Notes: a model not told the origin generated them from the sequence alone. Counted from the stretch's first letter, positions 1 through 9,474 are shown. The stretch: DNA of 64,000 bases from Aquificaceae bacterium (GCA_025062075.1 JANXBA010000022.1:1125-65124), one strand, 5' to 3'. Numbers and translations are program-made.

Positions 1-469
1 CAGTACCACCTGCAAGGGTAAAGTAGGGGTCATAGGGACAAGAGCTACCATCTCCAGCGGTGTGTATCAGAGGCTTTTACAGGAGCGTGGCGTAGAGGTC
101 TTTCCCAAGGCTTGCCCTCTCTTCGTCCCCATGGTAGAGGAGGGCATTCTAAGTGGGGGCATAGCCAGAGAGGTGGTTGCCTACTACCTGCAGGAGCTAA
201 AAGACAAGGACATAGACACGCTCATACTTGGGTGCACCCACTACCCTCTCCTCAGACCTCTCATAGAGGAGTTCATGGGGGAAGGGGTGAAGGTGGTGGA
301 CTCTGCGGAGAGTTTGGCGGTGCAGATAGAGCCCTTCGTAAAAAAGGGTGGGTCTTCAAGGCTTGAGCTCTTTTTCACCGACAGGTCTCCCTCCCTTGAA
401 TTCTTGGTGGAGCTCCTTCTGGGTAAACTGGTGGACTACAAGCTCCTCACTCTGTCTTGCAAGGTTTAG
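1..469 (+). CDS. murI: glutamate racemase (5'-truncated by window edge)
   Basis: Open frame from position 2: KVGVIGTRATI...CPLFVPMVEEG...TLILGCTHYPLL, the MurI C-terminal catalytic motif. Confidence 0.95.
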   Translation, partial: STTCKGKVGVIGTRATISSGVYQRLLQERGVEVFPKACPLFVPMVEEGILSGGIAREVVAYYLQELKDKDIDTLILGCTHYPLLRPLIEEFMGEGVKVVDSAESLAVQIEPFVKKGGSSRLELFFTDRSPSLEFLVELLLGKLVDYKLLTLSCKV

Positions 470-958
470 GTCTCTGAGGAAGTCCTCCCGCACTCTCTGG
501 AAGAACTCCCTTACTCTCCTGTCCCTGTAGTCGCCGTATGTCCAGTAGAGAGGCCTGAAAGAGCCGTGGACGAAAAGGTACTCTATCTCCGCATAGACGC
601 CCTGACCCAAGTAGAGCCTTCCTCCTCTTCTTTTGGAGGAGGCAAGCACCAAGTGGCTCTCCTCCACCAGCCCTGGGTCTATGTTGAGCCTACGCCTACC
701 CTCCTGAGAAAAGTCTCTCTCTTTTTCCATCGCCCAGAGCTTGTACTCTTTGAGCTTTTCCCTTTGCATGAGACCTTGCAGGGATGCAAAGACTTTGTAG
801 AGCCCTGCACCCATCTCCCGTCCGTAGTACTTTTGTAGGCCCTCAAAGTAGAAGGGCTCGGACAGGCGTTCTACGGGTAGGTCTTGGAGGAAGGCCTGCA
901 GGACCCGCTCTTCCCGGTAGAGTATGGCCATTACGGGCTTTGCCATCATCTGCATCAT
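356..958 (-). CDS. DUF4416-family protein
   Basis: EMG..L.K.F, RRLNIDPG, LVLASSK, YLGQGVYAE, WTYGDY pattern recalled for DUF4416; 3' end overlaps murI. Confidence 0.75.
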   Translation of the reverse strand: MMQMMAKPVMAILYREERVLQAFLQDLPVERLSEPFYFEGLQKYYGREMGAGLYKVFASLQGLMQREKLKEYKLWAMEKERDFSQEGRRRLNIDPGLVEESHLVLASSKRRGGRLYLGQGVYAEIEYLFVHGSFRPLYWTYGDYRDRRVREFFQRVREDFLRDLNLARQSEELVVHQFTQKELHQEFKGGRPVGEKELKP

Positions 959-3195
959 CCGGCCTCTTTTACGAGCTCTACGAGCTCTCTCTTGGTTAGA
1001 CGGAAGGCATCAGGACCGAGAGAGAAAAGACCAAAGGCCAGAAGAATGCGGTCGTCCACCAGATAACCCCTTGCGTTGCCGTGTATGACCTTCTGTATCT
1101 TTAGGAGCTCTTCCTTTGCCTTCTCGGGGGAGAGTTCCCTGTAAAGAGTGAGCCTGTGCATGAGAGGTTCTTGGAGCTCTGAAAGAATTTCTAAGAGACT
1201 CTCGGTGGGCGTGCACAGGCTTGGGGCGGGGAGGCCTGCCTCCATGAGGCTCTCCTTGAGAAGGTTTGCCCTTATGTGTCCTATACCCTTTATGCCTGCG
1301 AGGGCAGCGTAGGCCGGGCTTACGCCGTACTTAACAGAGTGGGCAATCTGTAAAATCTCCATAGAGGTGAACCTGTAGAAGCCCCTTTTTTGCACCTCCA
1401 TAAGAGTTCTCACCAAGTGCAGGGCATCCGTCCCCAAGTAGGAGAACTCTCCCGGAGGGTGCTTGAGGTTTGAGTATCTGGCGGTAAAGCCCTCTACGTA
1501 GAAGATAAACTGCTCCGTGTTGTCCTCTTGACACCGCCTACCGCAGGGGAGGAGCATACCCCTGACTATCTCCTTGTCTTCCGAGAACCTCTCTTTTCGC
1601 CTGAGAAACTCAAAGAGTCCTTCAAACTTTTTCATGTGCAGGAGAGGTCTGACGGTTATCATAGTTTCAAATCCCATCTTCTTTCTTGCTAAGAACTCCT
1701 CAAAGCGCGTGGGGGGTATGCCGGTCTTTATGCAGAAAAGCCCCTTCTCCGTAAGTTTGTAGTCCCGTAGGTAGCCATGACTTTTTAAGAAGCTCCCCAC
1801 CTCTTGCACCTTCTTCTTGCTGATTTTGCGGAAGGAAAAGGTGCTCTCAAGGTAGCGCAGGTAGTTGGCTCCCTCGTGCATGTGGGCCAAAAGCAGGAAA
1901 AAGCTAAGAGTGTCCACGCCTCCTTCTTCTTCCATCACTGCGGTGCGCAGGGCACCTCCTAAGGAGGTCTCCACTTCTTTCTGGAGCTCTTTCTCGCTAC
2001 CGCCGTAGAGCAGTAGGTTTGAGTAGCCCACCTCCTTAATGCCCAGTCTGCCCGCCCTGCCCTCCATCTGCAGAAGGTCAAGGCTGTCGGGTATGACCCT
2101 CGTCTTCCCTCCTCTTCGGAGGAACCTGACTAAGACCACTACCCTGTCCGCAGGCAGATTGACGCCGTAGGCCAGCGTCTGGGTGGCGATAAGAGTCTCC
2201 AACTTCCCTTCTCGGAAGGCTTTTTCTATCTCTTCTCTCTCTTCCTTCGGCACGTCTGCGTTGTGAAAGGCCATCTCCGGCTCTCTCTCCTCCCGAAGGT
2301 CGAAGGGCACCGTCTGGTTCATTATGCCGATTCTCTCTTCCTTTGCCAACTCCAGGATTTTCCAGCCCAGACTTTTTTTAGGGACGAAGAGGATGAGCTT
2401 CTCCCTCGGTTTTTTCAAGGAGAAAAGGGCGTTCAGTAGCCTGCTTGCCACCAGCTCCTCCTGAGTGTCCTCAGAGCCGTTCCTAAGCGGGGGAAACTCC
2501 ACCAGCCTTCTCACCTCGCGGTGCAGTGGGACCGGTCGCCAAGCACTCTCTATGAGGAGCTCTGCCTCTATCCACTCCGCCATTTCCTCCACGCCGGGCA
2601 AGGTGGCAGAAAGACACAGCATGGGAAGGTTTTTTCTCTTGCAAGCGGTTATCACCTCTTCCAGTATCCACCTTTTGCCCACTTGGTGGACCTCGTCTAT
2701 GACTACCGCCTCCAGCTCCTCTACCCATCCCGCTGCATTTCTGAGGGCGTAGGCCAGGTGCTCGTAAGTGCTCACTATCACCTTTGCCCTAGGGTTTTTA
2801 AAGTTTTCTATGAAGCTCTCACCTGTCCTGAGTTCTACGTCTTTGGGATAGTAGCGCCTGAGCTCTACCGCCTTTTCTTTCACCAAAGAGCGCGTAGGTG
2901 CGGCGTAGACCAGCCTACCCCTGAAGTTCTTCATGAAAAGATAAGCCAGAAGACTTTTACCAGAGGAGGTAGGCGAGGAGACCAGGGCACTGCCTCCCGA
3001 GTAGAGTCGGTAAAAGATGGTCTGCAGGGGGTTTAGAAGAGGGTAAGGTATGAGGGGGTCTACGCATGCAGAAGGAATAAGTGGCTCTTCCTGGATACCA
3101 CTTGAACGGTTCGTAGTGTAGAGCACCCTGCCCTGAGGAGGGTCCAGAAGGTAAGAGCTCTCCTTCAGAAGGTGAGCTCTCAGAGCCTCTCCCAT
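955..3195 (-). CDS. Ski2/Hel308-like SF2 DEAH-box helicase
   Basis: SPTSSGKS (I), DEVH (II), SAT (III), FHNA, ATQTLAYGVNLPA (V), QMEGRAGR (VI); C-terminal HhH-like GIKGIG; exact start uncertain. Confidence 0.9.
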   Translation of the reverse strand: MGEALRAHLLKESSYLLDPPQGRVLYTTNRSSGIQEEPLIPSACVDPLIPYPLLNPLQTIFYRLYSGGSALVSSPTSSGKSLLAYLFMKNFRGRLVYAAPTRSLVKEKAVELRRYYPKDVELRTGESFIENFKNPRAKVIVSTYEHLAYALRNAAGWVEELEAVVIDEVHQVGKRWILEEVITACKRKNLPMLCLSATLPGVEEMAEWIEAELLIESAWRPVPLHREVRRLVEFPPLRNGSEDTQEELVASRLLNALFSLKKPREKLILFVPKKSLGWKILELAKEERIGIMNQTVPFDLREEREPEMAFHNADVPKEEREEIEKAFREGKLETLIATQTLAYGVNLPADRVVVLVRFLRRGGKTRVIPDSLDLLQMEGRAGRLGIKEVGYSNLLLYGGSEKELQKEVETSLGGALRTAVMEEEGGVDTLSFFLLLAHMHEGANYLRYLESTFSFRKISKKKVQEVGSFLKSHGYLRDYKLTEKGLFCIKTGIPPTRFEEFLARKKMGFETMITVRPLLHMKKFEGLFEFLRRKERFSEDKEIVRGMLLPCGRRCQEDNTEQFIFYVEGFTARYSNLKHPPGEFSYLGTDALHLVRTLMEVQKRGFYRFTSMEILQIAHSVKYGVSPAYAALAGIKGIGHIRANLLKESLMEAGLPAPSLCTPTESLLEILSELQEPLMHRLTLYRELSPEKAKEELLKIQKVIHGNARGYLVDDRILLAFGLFSLGPDAFRLTKRELVELVKEAG

Positions 3196-3503
3196 ATCCT
3201 CTCCATTCTCTTAAGCTCTCTGTCAAAGACAAAGTGCAATTCTGGCAACCTTTTTGTGCGGAGACTTCTGGAAAGAAGACTTCTGATGTAGGGTTTGGCT
3301 TGCTCTAAGGCTTTACCTGCCTCTTGCTCTCTGCCTTCAGTTAGCGTGGTAAAGTACACCTTCGCATTCCAAAGGTCCGGAGAAAGTTCCACGTGAGTTA
3401 TAACCACCCCCTCCAGCCTTGGGTCTTGGAGAGCTCTAAGCACAAGCTCTGCTATCTCCTGCATGAGGAGTTTTTCAAGTCTTGCCTTTTTTACCTCCAG
3501 CAT
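3180..3503 (-). CDS. rbfA: ribosome-binding factor A
   Basis: DPRL..V.IT.V.LSPDL..AKVY...PELHFVFD. Confidence 0.95.
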   Translation of the reverse strand: MLEVKKARLEKLLMQEIAELVLRALQDPRLEGVVITHVELSPDLWNAKVYFTTLTEGREQEAGKALEQAKPYIRSLLSRSLRTKRLPELHFVFDRELKRMERIWERL

Positions 3504-3520
3504 GGTATATTAAATTATTA

Positions 3521-3566
3521 CCTCGTTCCTGCACAGACAGTGGCAGGGACCACATAGCCCAGGAGG
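3521..3566 (+). promoter_or_regulatory. probable S6:S18 ribosomal-protein leader RNA
   Basis: Stem GTTCCTGC(3525-3532)/GCAGGGAC(3543-3550), a CCC in the 3' loop, and CCTC able to pair with the SD AGGAGG (3561-3566), directly upstream of rpsF. Confidence 0.6.
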
Positions 3567-3572
3567 TAAGGA

Positions 3573-3908
3573 ATGGCCAGAAGATACGTAAAGACCAACC
3601 GCCACTACGAGAGCGTGGTAGTCTTCAAACCCACTCTCACGGAGGAGGAGCTGAGCAAAAAGCTCCAAGAGATAAAGGACTTTGTCCAGAAAAAAGGTGG
3701 TCAGGTGCTGGAGGCCACAGACTGGGGAACCAAGACCCTGGCCTACCCCATACAGGGCTTTAACCATGGCAGGTACTACATCCTCCAGGTGAGCTCAGAC
3801 AGGTCTGAGCTCCCCAACGAGCTGGACTTCTACTACAAGATAAGCGAGGACGTAATCCGCTGGCTCAACATACAAGTAAAAACTTACGGAGGGAACAAAG
3901 GTGCTTAA
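3573..3908 (+). CDS. rpsF: 30S ribosomal protein S6
   Basis: YESVVVFKP...WG.K.LAYPI...G.YY; rpsF-ssb-rpsR-rplI order. Confidence 0.97.
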   Translation: MARRYVKTNRHYESVVVFKPTLTEEELSKKLQEIKDFVQKKGGQVLEATDWGTKTLAYPIQGFNHGRYYILQVSSDRSELPNELDFYYKISEDVIRWLNIQVKTYGGNKGA

Positions 3909-4299
3909 CAAGGTCATAATCATAGGCAGGCTCACCGACGACCCAAAAACAAGGCATGTCTCCGACAACCCCGACAGTGGCACGATAGTGGAGTTCAGCA
4001 TAGCTTACAACCGGCGCTACCCAGTAGGAGAAGAGTGGAAAGAAGAGAGCCACTTTTTTGACGTGAAGGCCTTTGGCAGGCTGGCTCAGAGCCTTGGGGA
4101 ACGTCTATTAAAGGGCTACTTAGTGGTCTTAGAAGGCAGGCTCGTGCAAGAAAAGTGGACGGACAGGGAAGGCAAGCACCAAACCAAGGTGCGCATAGTG
4201 GCGGAGAGCGTAAAGATAATAAGCAAGCCGAAAGGGGAGAGCGTTCAGGAAGAGGATACAACAGACGGGCCTTTCGGTGATGAAGGATTGAACTTCTAA
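3901..4299 (+). CDS. ssb: single-stranded DNA-binding protein
   Basis: MLNKVIIIGRLT.DP, OB-fold, acidic tail ending in F. Confidence 0.95.
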   Translation: MLNKVIIIGRLTDDPKTRHVSDNPDSGTIVEFSIAYNRRYPVGEEWKEESHFFDVKAFGRLAQSLGERLLKGYLVVLEGRLVQEKWTDREGKHQTKVRIVAESVKIISKPKGESVQEEDTTDGPFGDEGLNF

Positions 4300-4310
4300 G
4301 GAGGTAGAGG

Positions 4311-4532
4311 ATGGACACAGTGAAGAAGTCTGCGAAAAAAAGCTGTCCTTTCTGCGAGGCCAAAAGGGACCCTAGCTACAAAAACTACGAAGAGCTCCGA
4401 CGCTTCATGACAGAGCGGGGCAAGATACTGAGCAGAAGGCAGACGGGAGTGTGCGCCAAGCATCAGAGGATGCTCGCCAGAGAGATAAAGAGGGCCCGAC
4501 AACTGGGACTGCTCCCCTATCTTGTAGCCTGA
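4311..4532 (+). CDS. rpsR: 30S ribosomal protein S18 (zinc-binding type)
   Basis: CPFC...YKN...L.RF.TERGKI..RR.TG.CAKHQR.LA..IKRAR.LGLLPY. Confidence 0.98.
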   Translation: MDTVKKSAKKSCPFCEAKRDPSYKNYEELRRFMTERGKILSRRQTGVCAKHQRMLAREIKRARQLGLLPYLVA

Positions 4533-4543
4533 GGAGGTAGGAC

Positions 4544-4990
4544 ATGAAGGTGGTGCTGTTGAAGGAGCTGGAAGGCTACGGCTCTATGGGAGATGTGATA
4601 AACGTCAAAGACGGCTTTGCCCGCAACTATCTCATACCCAGAGGTATAGCTTTGCCCGCCACTGAGGCAAACTTAAGGCACATGCAGAGTATCCTCTCAC
4701 AGAGGGCTCGAAAGCTCCAAAAGGAGAAAGAAAAGGCCCAAGAGCTGGCCCGCAGACTGGAAGGTCTTCTGTTAGAGCTCCGTAGAAAAGTAGGAGAGAA
4801 GGGTAAGCTCTTTGGCTCCGTGACCTCTCAGGAGATAGCCCAAGCTCTAAAAGAGAAAGGCTTTGAGTTGGACAGGAAAAAGGTGTACATAAAACACCCC
4901 ATAAAAGACGTAGGTATGTATACGGTGACGCTGAAGCTCCATCCCGAGGTGAGCGTGGACATAAAAGTGGAAGTAAAAGCCGGCGATTAG
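4544..4990 (+). CDS. rplI: 50S ribosomal protein L9
   Basis: MKVVLL...G..GD.I.VK.GFARNYLIP; GKLFGSVT. Confidence 0.98.
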   Translation: MKVVLLKELEGYGSMGDVINVKDGFARNYLIPRGIALPATEANLRHMQSILSQRARKLQKEKEKAQELARRLEGLLLELRRKVGEKGKLFGSVTSQEIAQALKEKGFELDRKKVYIKHPIKDVGMYTVTLKLHPEVSVDIKVEVKAGD

Positions 4991-5005
4991 CCTATATTTA
5001 AAAGC

Positions 5006-5923
5006 ATGAGAGAAGTGCTACTCCAGGAGAAAACGGGACGCCTTCACGGTTTCATACCTTGGCTCTTTGTTGCTCTGATGGGCGCGGGCTTAGGTTTTCT
5101 GAAGATAGACAACACCTTTTGGTACAAGTCTGCCACGCTTGCCTACCTGCTGGCCTCTGTCCTTTATCTGAGCACCCTGTTTATTAGAGACAAAAACCTT
5201 CAATCTCTCTCCTCTCTGGTGCTGTCTCTCGGCTTGGTGCTCAACCTGGCGGGTATGGCGAGACGAACCATACAGACCTACGAGCTGGGCGTTCCTCATC
5301 CCCCCTGGAGCAACCTCTTTGAGGCCCTAACCTTCTGGAGCTTCGTGGTGGGTGCCGTGTATCTCCTTCTGGAGAGGAAGTACGGCGTAAAGCTCTTGGG
5401 TGCGGTGGTGGTGCCAGTAGTCTTTGGTCTGTCTGCCTTCGCAGTCTTTTACGCCTCCACGGAGATAGTGCCCCTTGTGCCAGCCCTTAGGAGCTACTGG
5501 TTGTACGTGCACGTGGTGACCGCCTTCGTGGGCTACGCGGGCTTTACCGTGGGCTTTGGTGGTGCAGTGCTGTACCTGCTGAAGGAGAAGTTTCCCAACT
5601 CGCCCATTCCTTCTCAGGAGGTCTTAGACGAGATTACCTACAAGTCCATCGTCATAGTCTTCCCCATATGGACCGCTTCTATCATACTGGGTGCGGCCTG
5701 GGCAAACGAGGCATGGGGAGGATACTGGAGCTGGGACCCTAAAGAAGTATGGTCTCTCATCGTGTGGCTCTTTTTTGGAGCCTACCTCCACGCCAGACAG
5801 ATGCTCGGCTGGAGAGGTAAAAGGACCGCCTGGATGGTGGTCTTTGGGTTTGTGACCGTTCTCATATGCTTTTTTGCAGTCAACCTCTTCTTCCCGGGTC
5901 TACACAGCTACGCCACTGACTAA
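5006..5923 (+). CDS. ccsB: cytochrome c biogenesis protein (system II CcsB/ResC, WWD domain)
   Basis: Multi-TM; WANEAWGGYWSWDPKEVW WWD motif; conserved His residues. Confidence 0.93.
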   Translation: MREVLLQEKTGRLHGFIPWLFVALMGAGLGFLKIDNTFWYKSATLAYLLASVLYLSTLFIRDKNLQSLSSLVLSLGLVLNLAGMARRTIQTYELGVPHPPWSNLFEALTFWSFVVGAVYLLLERKYGVKLLGAVVVPVVFGLSAFAVFYASTEIVPLVPALRSYWLYVHVVTAFVGYAGFTVGFGGAVLYLLKEKFPNSPIPSQEVLDEITYKSIVIVFPIWTASIILGAAWANEAWGGYWSWDPKEVWSLIVWLFFGAYLHARQMLGWRGKRTAWMVVFGFVTVLICFFAVNLFFPGLHSYATD

Positions 5924-7134
5924 CCTACCAGCTTCATAGAGCCTCTCTTTGCTCCCCAGAGTATGTTTTTGACCTTCTGAGGGTCCGTGTTCATGACTAT
6001 TGCCACGTTTTTTATCGTCTCCTCGTCCTCCCTGTCTTCCAACAGGTCTACGATGGAGAGTATAAACCCTAAGGTGCTACGACGATTTTCGTAAGCTTCC
6101 ACTATGTCCCTGTCTAAGGCCAACGTTCTGGCCAGCTCTGAAGGCTGTTGACCCAGTATCTCCTTTGAAGTGGAAAACAGACCCATAAGGTAGGCTTTGT
6201 CCTTTAGGTCAGGTGCGTACAACTCCGACAACCCTTCCCCAAGACTTGCTCTGAAAAGGGCTCTTCTCCACAGCTCTTCCTCTTCCTGCTCGATAAACAT
6301 CTCCGATAGGGCCAGCACGACGGTGAACTTAGCTATGTTTTCCAGACCAAGGTGCATAACCGCCTCTTCTATCGTGCCCACCTCCTTCACCCTTGAAGAG
6401 TTTGTAGAGTTTACGAACTTTAGTAGCTTGTAGGCTACGCCCACGTCTCTTTCAATGACTTCTACCACATTTTTTATGTTTTTTGACTTTATGGCGTTGT
6501 AGATGTCCAGTATGGTGGACTTTAGAAAAGATATGGTTTTGGTGTTTCTGACTATGGAGGGTCTTGATAGGTAAATCCCTTGGAAGTATTCAAACCCCAA
6601 CTTGTATGCCAATTCGTACTCTTCTTTTGTCTCTATGTTCTTGACTATTATTCCCTTTTTAAGGCTTTTGAGAATGCTTATGACCTCTCTCAGCTCTTCT
6701 TGATTGTAAGGGTTCTTTTTTATGTTTATCTTCACGTAGTGGCACTTGTTAAGGAGGGGTATGTAGTCTATTTTCTCAAAGCCGAAGTCGTCTATGCAAA
6801 ATTTGAAGCCTTTTCTTATAAGCTCTTCTATAGCAGTAAAGAGCCTGTTAGAGAGCCTCTTGTTTTCCACCAGCTCTATTCCCACGTACTGTGGGGGGAG
6901 AAGCTCGAACATGGAGGCTTCCAGAAATATGGCAGGCACGTTTACGAAGACAAGCTTGCCGTTGCCTACCCGTTGCGAGCTTATCTCCGTAAGCACATCT
7001 ATGGAGATGCTGGTGGCCTTTAGAGGGTCAAAGTCCTGCGGATAGACGCCCCTTCTCCTATCTTGCAAAAGGATTTCATAAAAGGCCACCTTGCCTTCTC
7101 TGTTGTATATGGCCTGTTTGCAGATAACGTTCAT
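5920..7134 (-). CDS. EAL + HDOD domain protein (YuxH/CdgJ-like)
   Basis: KQAIY...YEILL, FVN, IEL.E, IDDFG, EYFQG.Y.SRP followed by HDOD (D..VAYKLLKFVNS...A...LG); AT-rich. Confidence 0.85.
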   Translation of the reverse strand: MNVICKQAIYNREGKVAFYEILLQDRRRGVYPQDFDPLKATSISIDVLTEISSQRVGNGKLVFVNVPAIFLEASMFELLPPQYVGIELVENKRLSNRLFTAIEELIRKGFKFCIDDFGFEKIDYIPLLNKCHYVKINIKKNPYNQEELREVISILKSLKKGIIVKNIETKEEYELAYKLGFEYFQGIYLSRPSIVRNTKTISFLKSTILDIYNAIKSKNIKNVVEVIERDVGVAYKLLKFVNSTNSSRVKEVGTIEEAVMHLGLENIAKFTVVLALSEMFIEQEEEELWRRALFRASLGEGLSELYAPDLKDKAYLMGLFSTSKEILGQQPSELARTLALDRDIVEAYENRRSTLGFILSIVDLLEDREDEETIKNVAIVMNTDPQKVKNILWGAKRGSMKLVG

Positions 7135-7754
7135 AGGCCTATATTATAAATACCCTCAAGCTTTCTCTGTAAGGGCACGCCTTGAAGCCTTTGTAGGTAG
7201 TTGACCACGTACTTGCCTATTATGTCCACTTCCACGTTAACTAAGTGACCAGCCTTTCTCAGCTTTAGGTTGGTGCTTTCGTAGGTGTGGGGGATTATGT
7301 TGATGTAGATAAGACCTTCCTCCACCTTGTTTATGGTAAGGCTTATGCCGTCTATGCCCACGGAGCCCTTTTCCACGAAGTAGGGTTCGTAGCCTTCCCG
7401 TATTCTCACCACGAGAGACCAGTGCTTTCCCACCTGCGTAAGCTGGACTATGGGTGCGGTAAAGTCCACGTGTCCCTGAAGAATGTGTCCACCCAGCCTG
7501 TCTCCCACCTTGAGAGCCCTCTCTAAGTTCACCAAGTCTCCAGGCCTTAGGGTTTTCAGGTTGCTCCTCTGTAAGGTTTCCTGGGAGAGGTCAAACTCTA
7601 CCAGCCCTGCCTCCACCTTCACCGCAGTGAGACATACGCCGTTTACCGCCAAGCTGTCCCCTACCTTTATCTCTTCAAGTGTGCACTTAAGGCGTAGTCT
7701 TCCAACCCTGAGGTCTTCAACCCTACCTAAGGCCTCCACTAGTCCAGTAAACAT
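7131..7754 (-). CDS. ribE: riboflavin synthase alpha chain
   Basis: Starts MFTGLVE at ATG 7754; GDS.AVNGVCLT, VNLERAL, GGH.LQGHVD, KGS.GIDGISLT. Confidence 0.96.
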   Translation of the reverse strand: MFTGLVEALGRVEDLRVGRLRLKCTLEEIKVGDSLAVNGVCLTAVKVEAGLVEFDLSQETLQRSNLKTLRPGDLVNLERALKVGDRLGGHILQGHVDFTAPIVQLTQVGKHWSLVVRIREGYEPYFVEKGSVGIDGISLTINKVEEGLIYINIIPHTYESTNLKLRKAGHLVNVEVDIIGKYVVNYLQRLQGVPLQRKLEGIYNIGL

Positions 7755-8500
7755 CAGAAGAGCACCTCCTCTGCGGGTAAGACCGGGCCTTCGTAGCAGA
7801 CCCTTTTGTAGCCATGCGTGGTCTGAACCACACAGCCCAAGCATACCCCCCACCCGCAGGCCATCCTGCTCTCCAAGGAAAAGAACATCCTGTGGCCTGT
7901 CTTTAGGCTCTTGAGAGCTCTCAGCATGCCCTTAGGTCCGCAGGCATGGACCACCCAGGAAGTGTCAAAGTCTCGTAGCGCCTCTGTAAGAAGACCGCCT
8001 CTGCCCCTACTGCCGTCCTCTGTGTAGAGGAGGTATTCAAAGCCCTCCTCCTTTAGCCAGTATTCCATGCCCAAGTACTCTTTGGACCTGCCACCGTAGA
8101 CAAAGACCACCTTTTTGCCCTCTGCTCGGAGTTCCTTACCCAGAAGGGTCAGGCCCGCCAGACCTATACCACCTCCCAGGAGAAGGTGCTTTTGCCCTTC
8201 CTTGGGAAAAAGCCCTTTACCTAAGGGACCGAGAGTGTAAAGTGGGTCTCCCTCCCTTAGCTTGGACAAAAGTAGCGTGCCTTTACCTACCACCTGGTAA
8301 AAGAGAAGCAAAACCTCCTCTCCTGTGTCAGCCACCGCAAAGGCCCTCCTGCCCAGAGGTTCCAGGCTTTGAGAAACCTTTAACATCACGAACTGTCCTG
8401 CTTTTACCTGCCGTGCCAGCTCTGGGGAGTGGAGCTTGAGCACGTAGAGCTCTCCAGACAGCGGTCTGTTTTCTAAAACAGTGCAGATGTAGTCCCTCAC
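7754..8500 (-). CDS. pyrK: dihydroorotate dehydrogenase electron transfer subunit
   Basis: GQFVML, GGGIG, ACGP, SLE.RMACG.G.C.GC...C..GPV [2Fe-2S] motif. Confidence 0.9.
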   Translation of the reverse strand: MRDYICTVLENRPLSGELYVLKLHSPELARQVKAGQFVMLKVSQSLEPLGRRAFAVADTGEEVLLLFYQVVGKGTLLLSKLREGDPLYTLGPLGKGLFPKEGQKHLLLGGGIGLAGLTLLGKELRAEGKKVVFVYGGRSKEYLGMEYWLKEEGFEYLLYTEDGSRGRGGLLTEALRDFDTSWVVHACGPKGMLRALKSLKTGHRMFFSLESRMACGWGVCLGCVVQTTHGYKRVCYEGPVLPAEEVLF

Positions 8501-9474
8501 CGATTTTCCCCTTCCAAGAGCCTGTCTCCTAAGAGGTTAAAGGCTATGACCAGAAGGAACAAGGCCACGCCGGGCGAGAGTATCCAAGGGTGAGAGGAGA
8601 TTAGGTTTACGTTGCGGGCGTCCGAGAGCATGTTGCCCCAGCTGGGGAAGGGCTCTTGCACGCCAAGACCCAAAAAGCTCAAAGAGGCCTCCGCCAACAC
8701 GTAGCCCGGGAAGGAAAGCGTAGCGGAGACCACCAGATAGTAGTAAGTGTTGGGAAGTATGTGCACCCTGAGAATCCTGAGAGGTTTGGCTCCGTAAGTT
8801 TTGGCGGACTGGACGAAGTCCTTCTCCCTTATGGAGAGCACCATGCCCCTCACCACCCGGGCAAGCCCCGCCCACCCCAGAAAAGAAACGATGAAAATAA
8901 CCATCAGAAAGACCTGAGAGCTCTCCATAGTAAGCGGAAAGACCGACCTCAGAGACAGCATAAGGTAAAAGGTGGGGATGGCCAGAAGCACCTCCACCAC
9001 CCTCATCGTCACCGTATCCACCCTTCCCCCAAAGTATCCAGAAAGACCTCCTACCAAACTACCCAGCAGAAAGGTAACACCTACTCCTACCAGTCCCACG
9101 GTCAGAGACACCCTTGAGCCGTAGATAAGCCTGCTCAGAATGTCCCTACCCAGCTTGTCCGTGCCCAGCAGGTAGAGCTTGCAGGGCTCTTGCACCGAAA
9201 GAAGCTTGATGCCGTGCTCCGTCTTAGCCAGAAGTCTGAGCCCGCAGGCAACACTTTTGTCCTCCTCGTACACCTTGAAGAGTGGGTCTTTCATCCTGTA
9301 AGGGTGCACGTAAGGCAGTGTGATTCTGCCCTCCTTGAAAAGGTGTATGCGTGTGGGTGGGTGGAAGGGAGCTCTTCTGTTTTGCAGGTCGTATGGATAG
9401 GGGGCTATAAAGTCCGCCAGAAGGGCAAGCACCACAAAAAAGCCCACTATGGTGAGAGGAAAGACCAACTTCAC
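8497..9474 (-). CDS. oligopeptide/dipeptide ABC transporter permease (OppC/DppC)
   Basis: LGTD.LGRD..SRL.YG.RVSL; EAA-like FVQSAKTYGA; EASLSFLGLG....SWG.ML. Confidence 0.92.
   Translation of the reverse strand: MKLVFPLTIVGFFVVLALLADFIAPYPYDLQNRRAPFHPPTRIHLFKEGRITLPYVHPYRMKDPLFKVYEEDKSVACGLRLLAKTEHGIKLLSVQEPCKLYLLGTDKLGRDILSRLIYGSRVSLTVGLVGVGVTFLLGSLVGGLSGYFGGRVDTVTMRVVEVLLAIPTFYLMLSLRSVFPLTMESSQVFLMVIFIVSFLGWAGLARVVRGMVLSIREKDFVQSAKTYGAKPLRILRVHILPNTYYYLVVSATLSFPGYVLAEASLSFLGLGVQEPFPSWGNMLSDARNVNLISSHPWILSPGVALFLLVIAFNLLGDRLLEGENR

Noticed and set aside
7755-7853. Upstream extensions in the ORF track (ribE, NTase, pheS, HARP, leuB, ffh, TPR, ccsA, ACT, aroE and others)
   Set aside because: They overlap neighbouring genes; downstream starts match family N-termini, SD or -10 spacing
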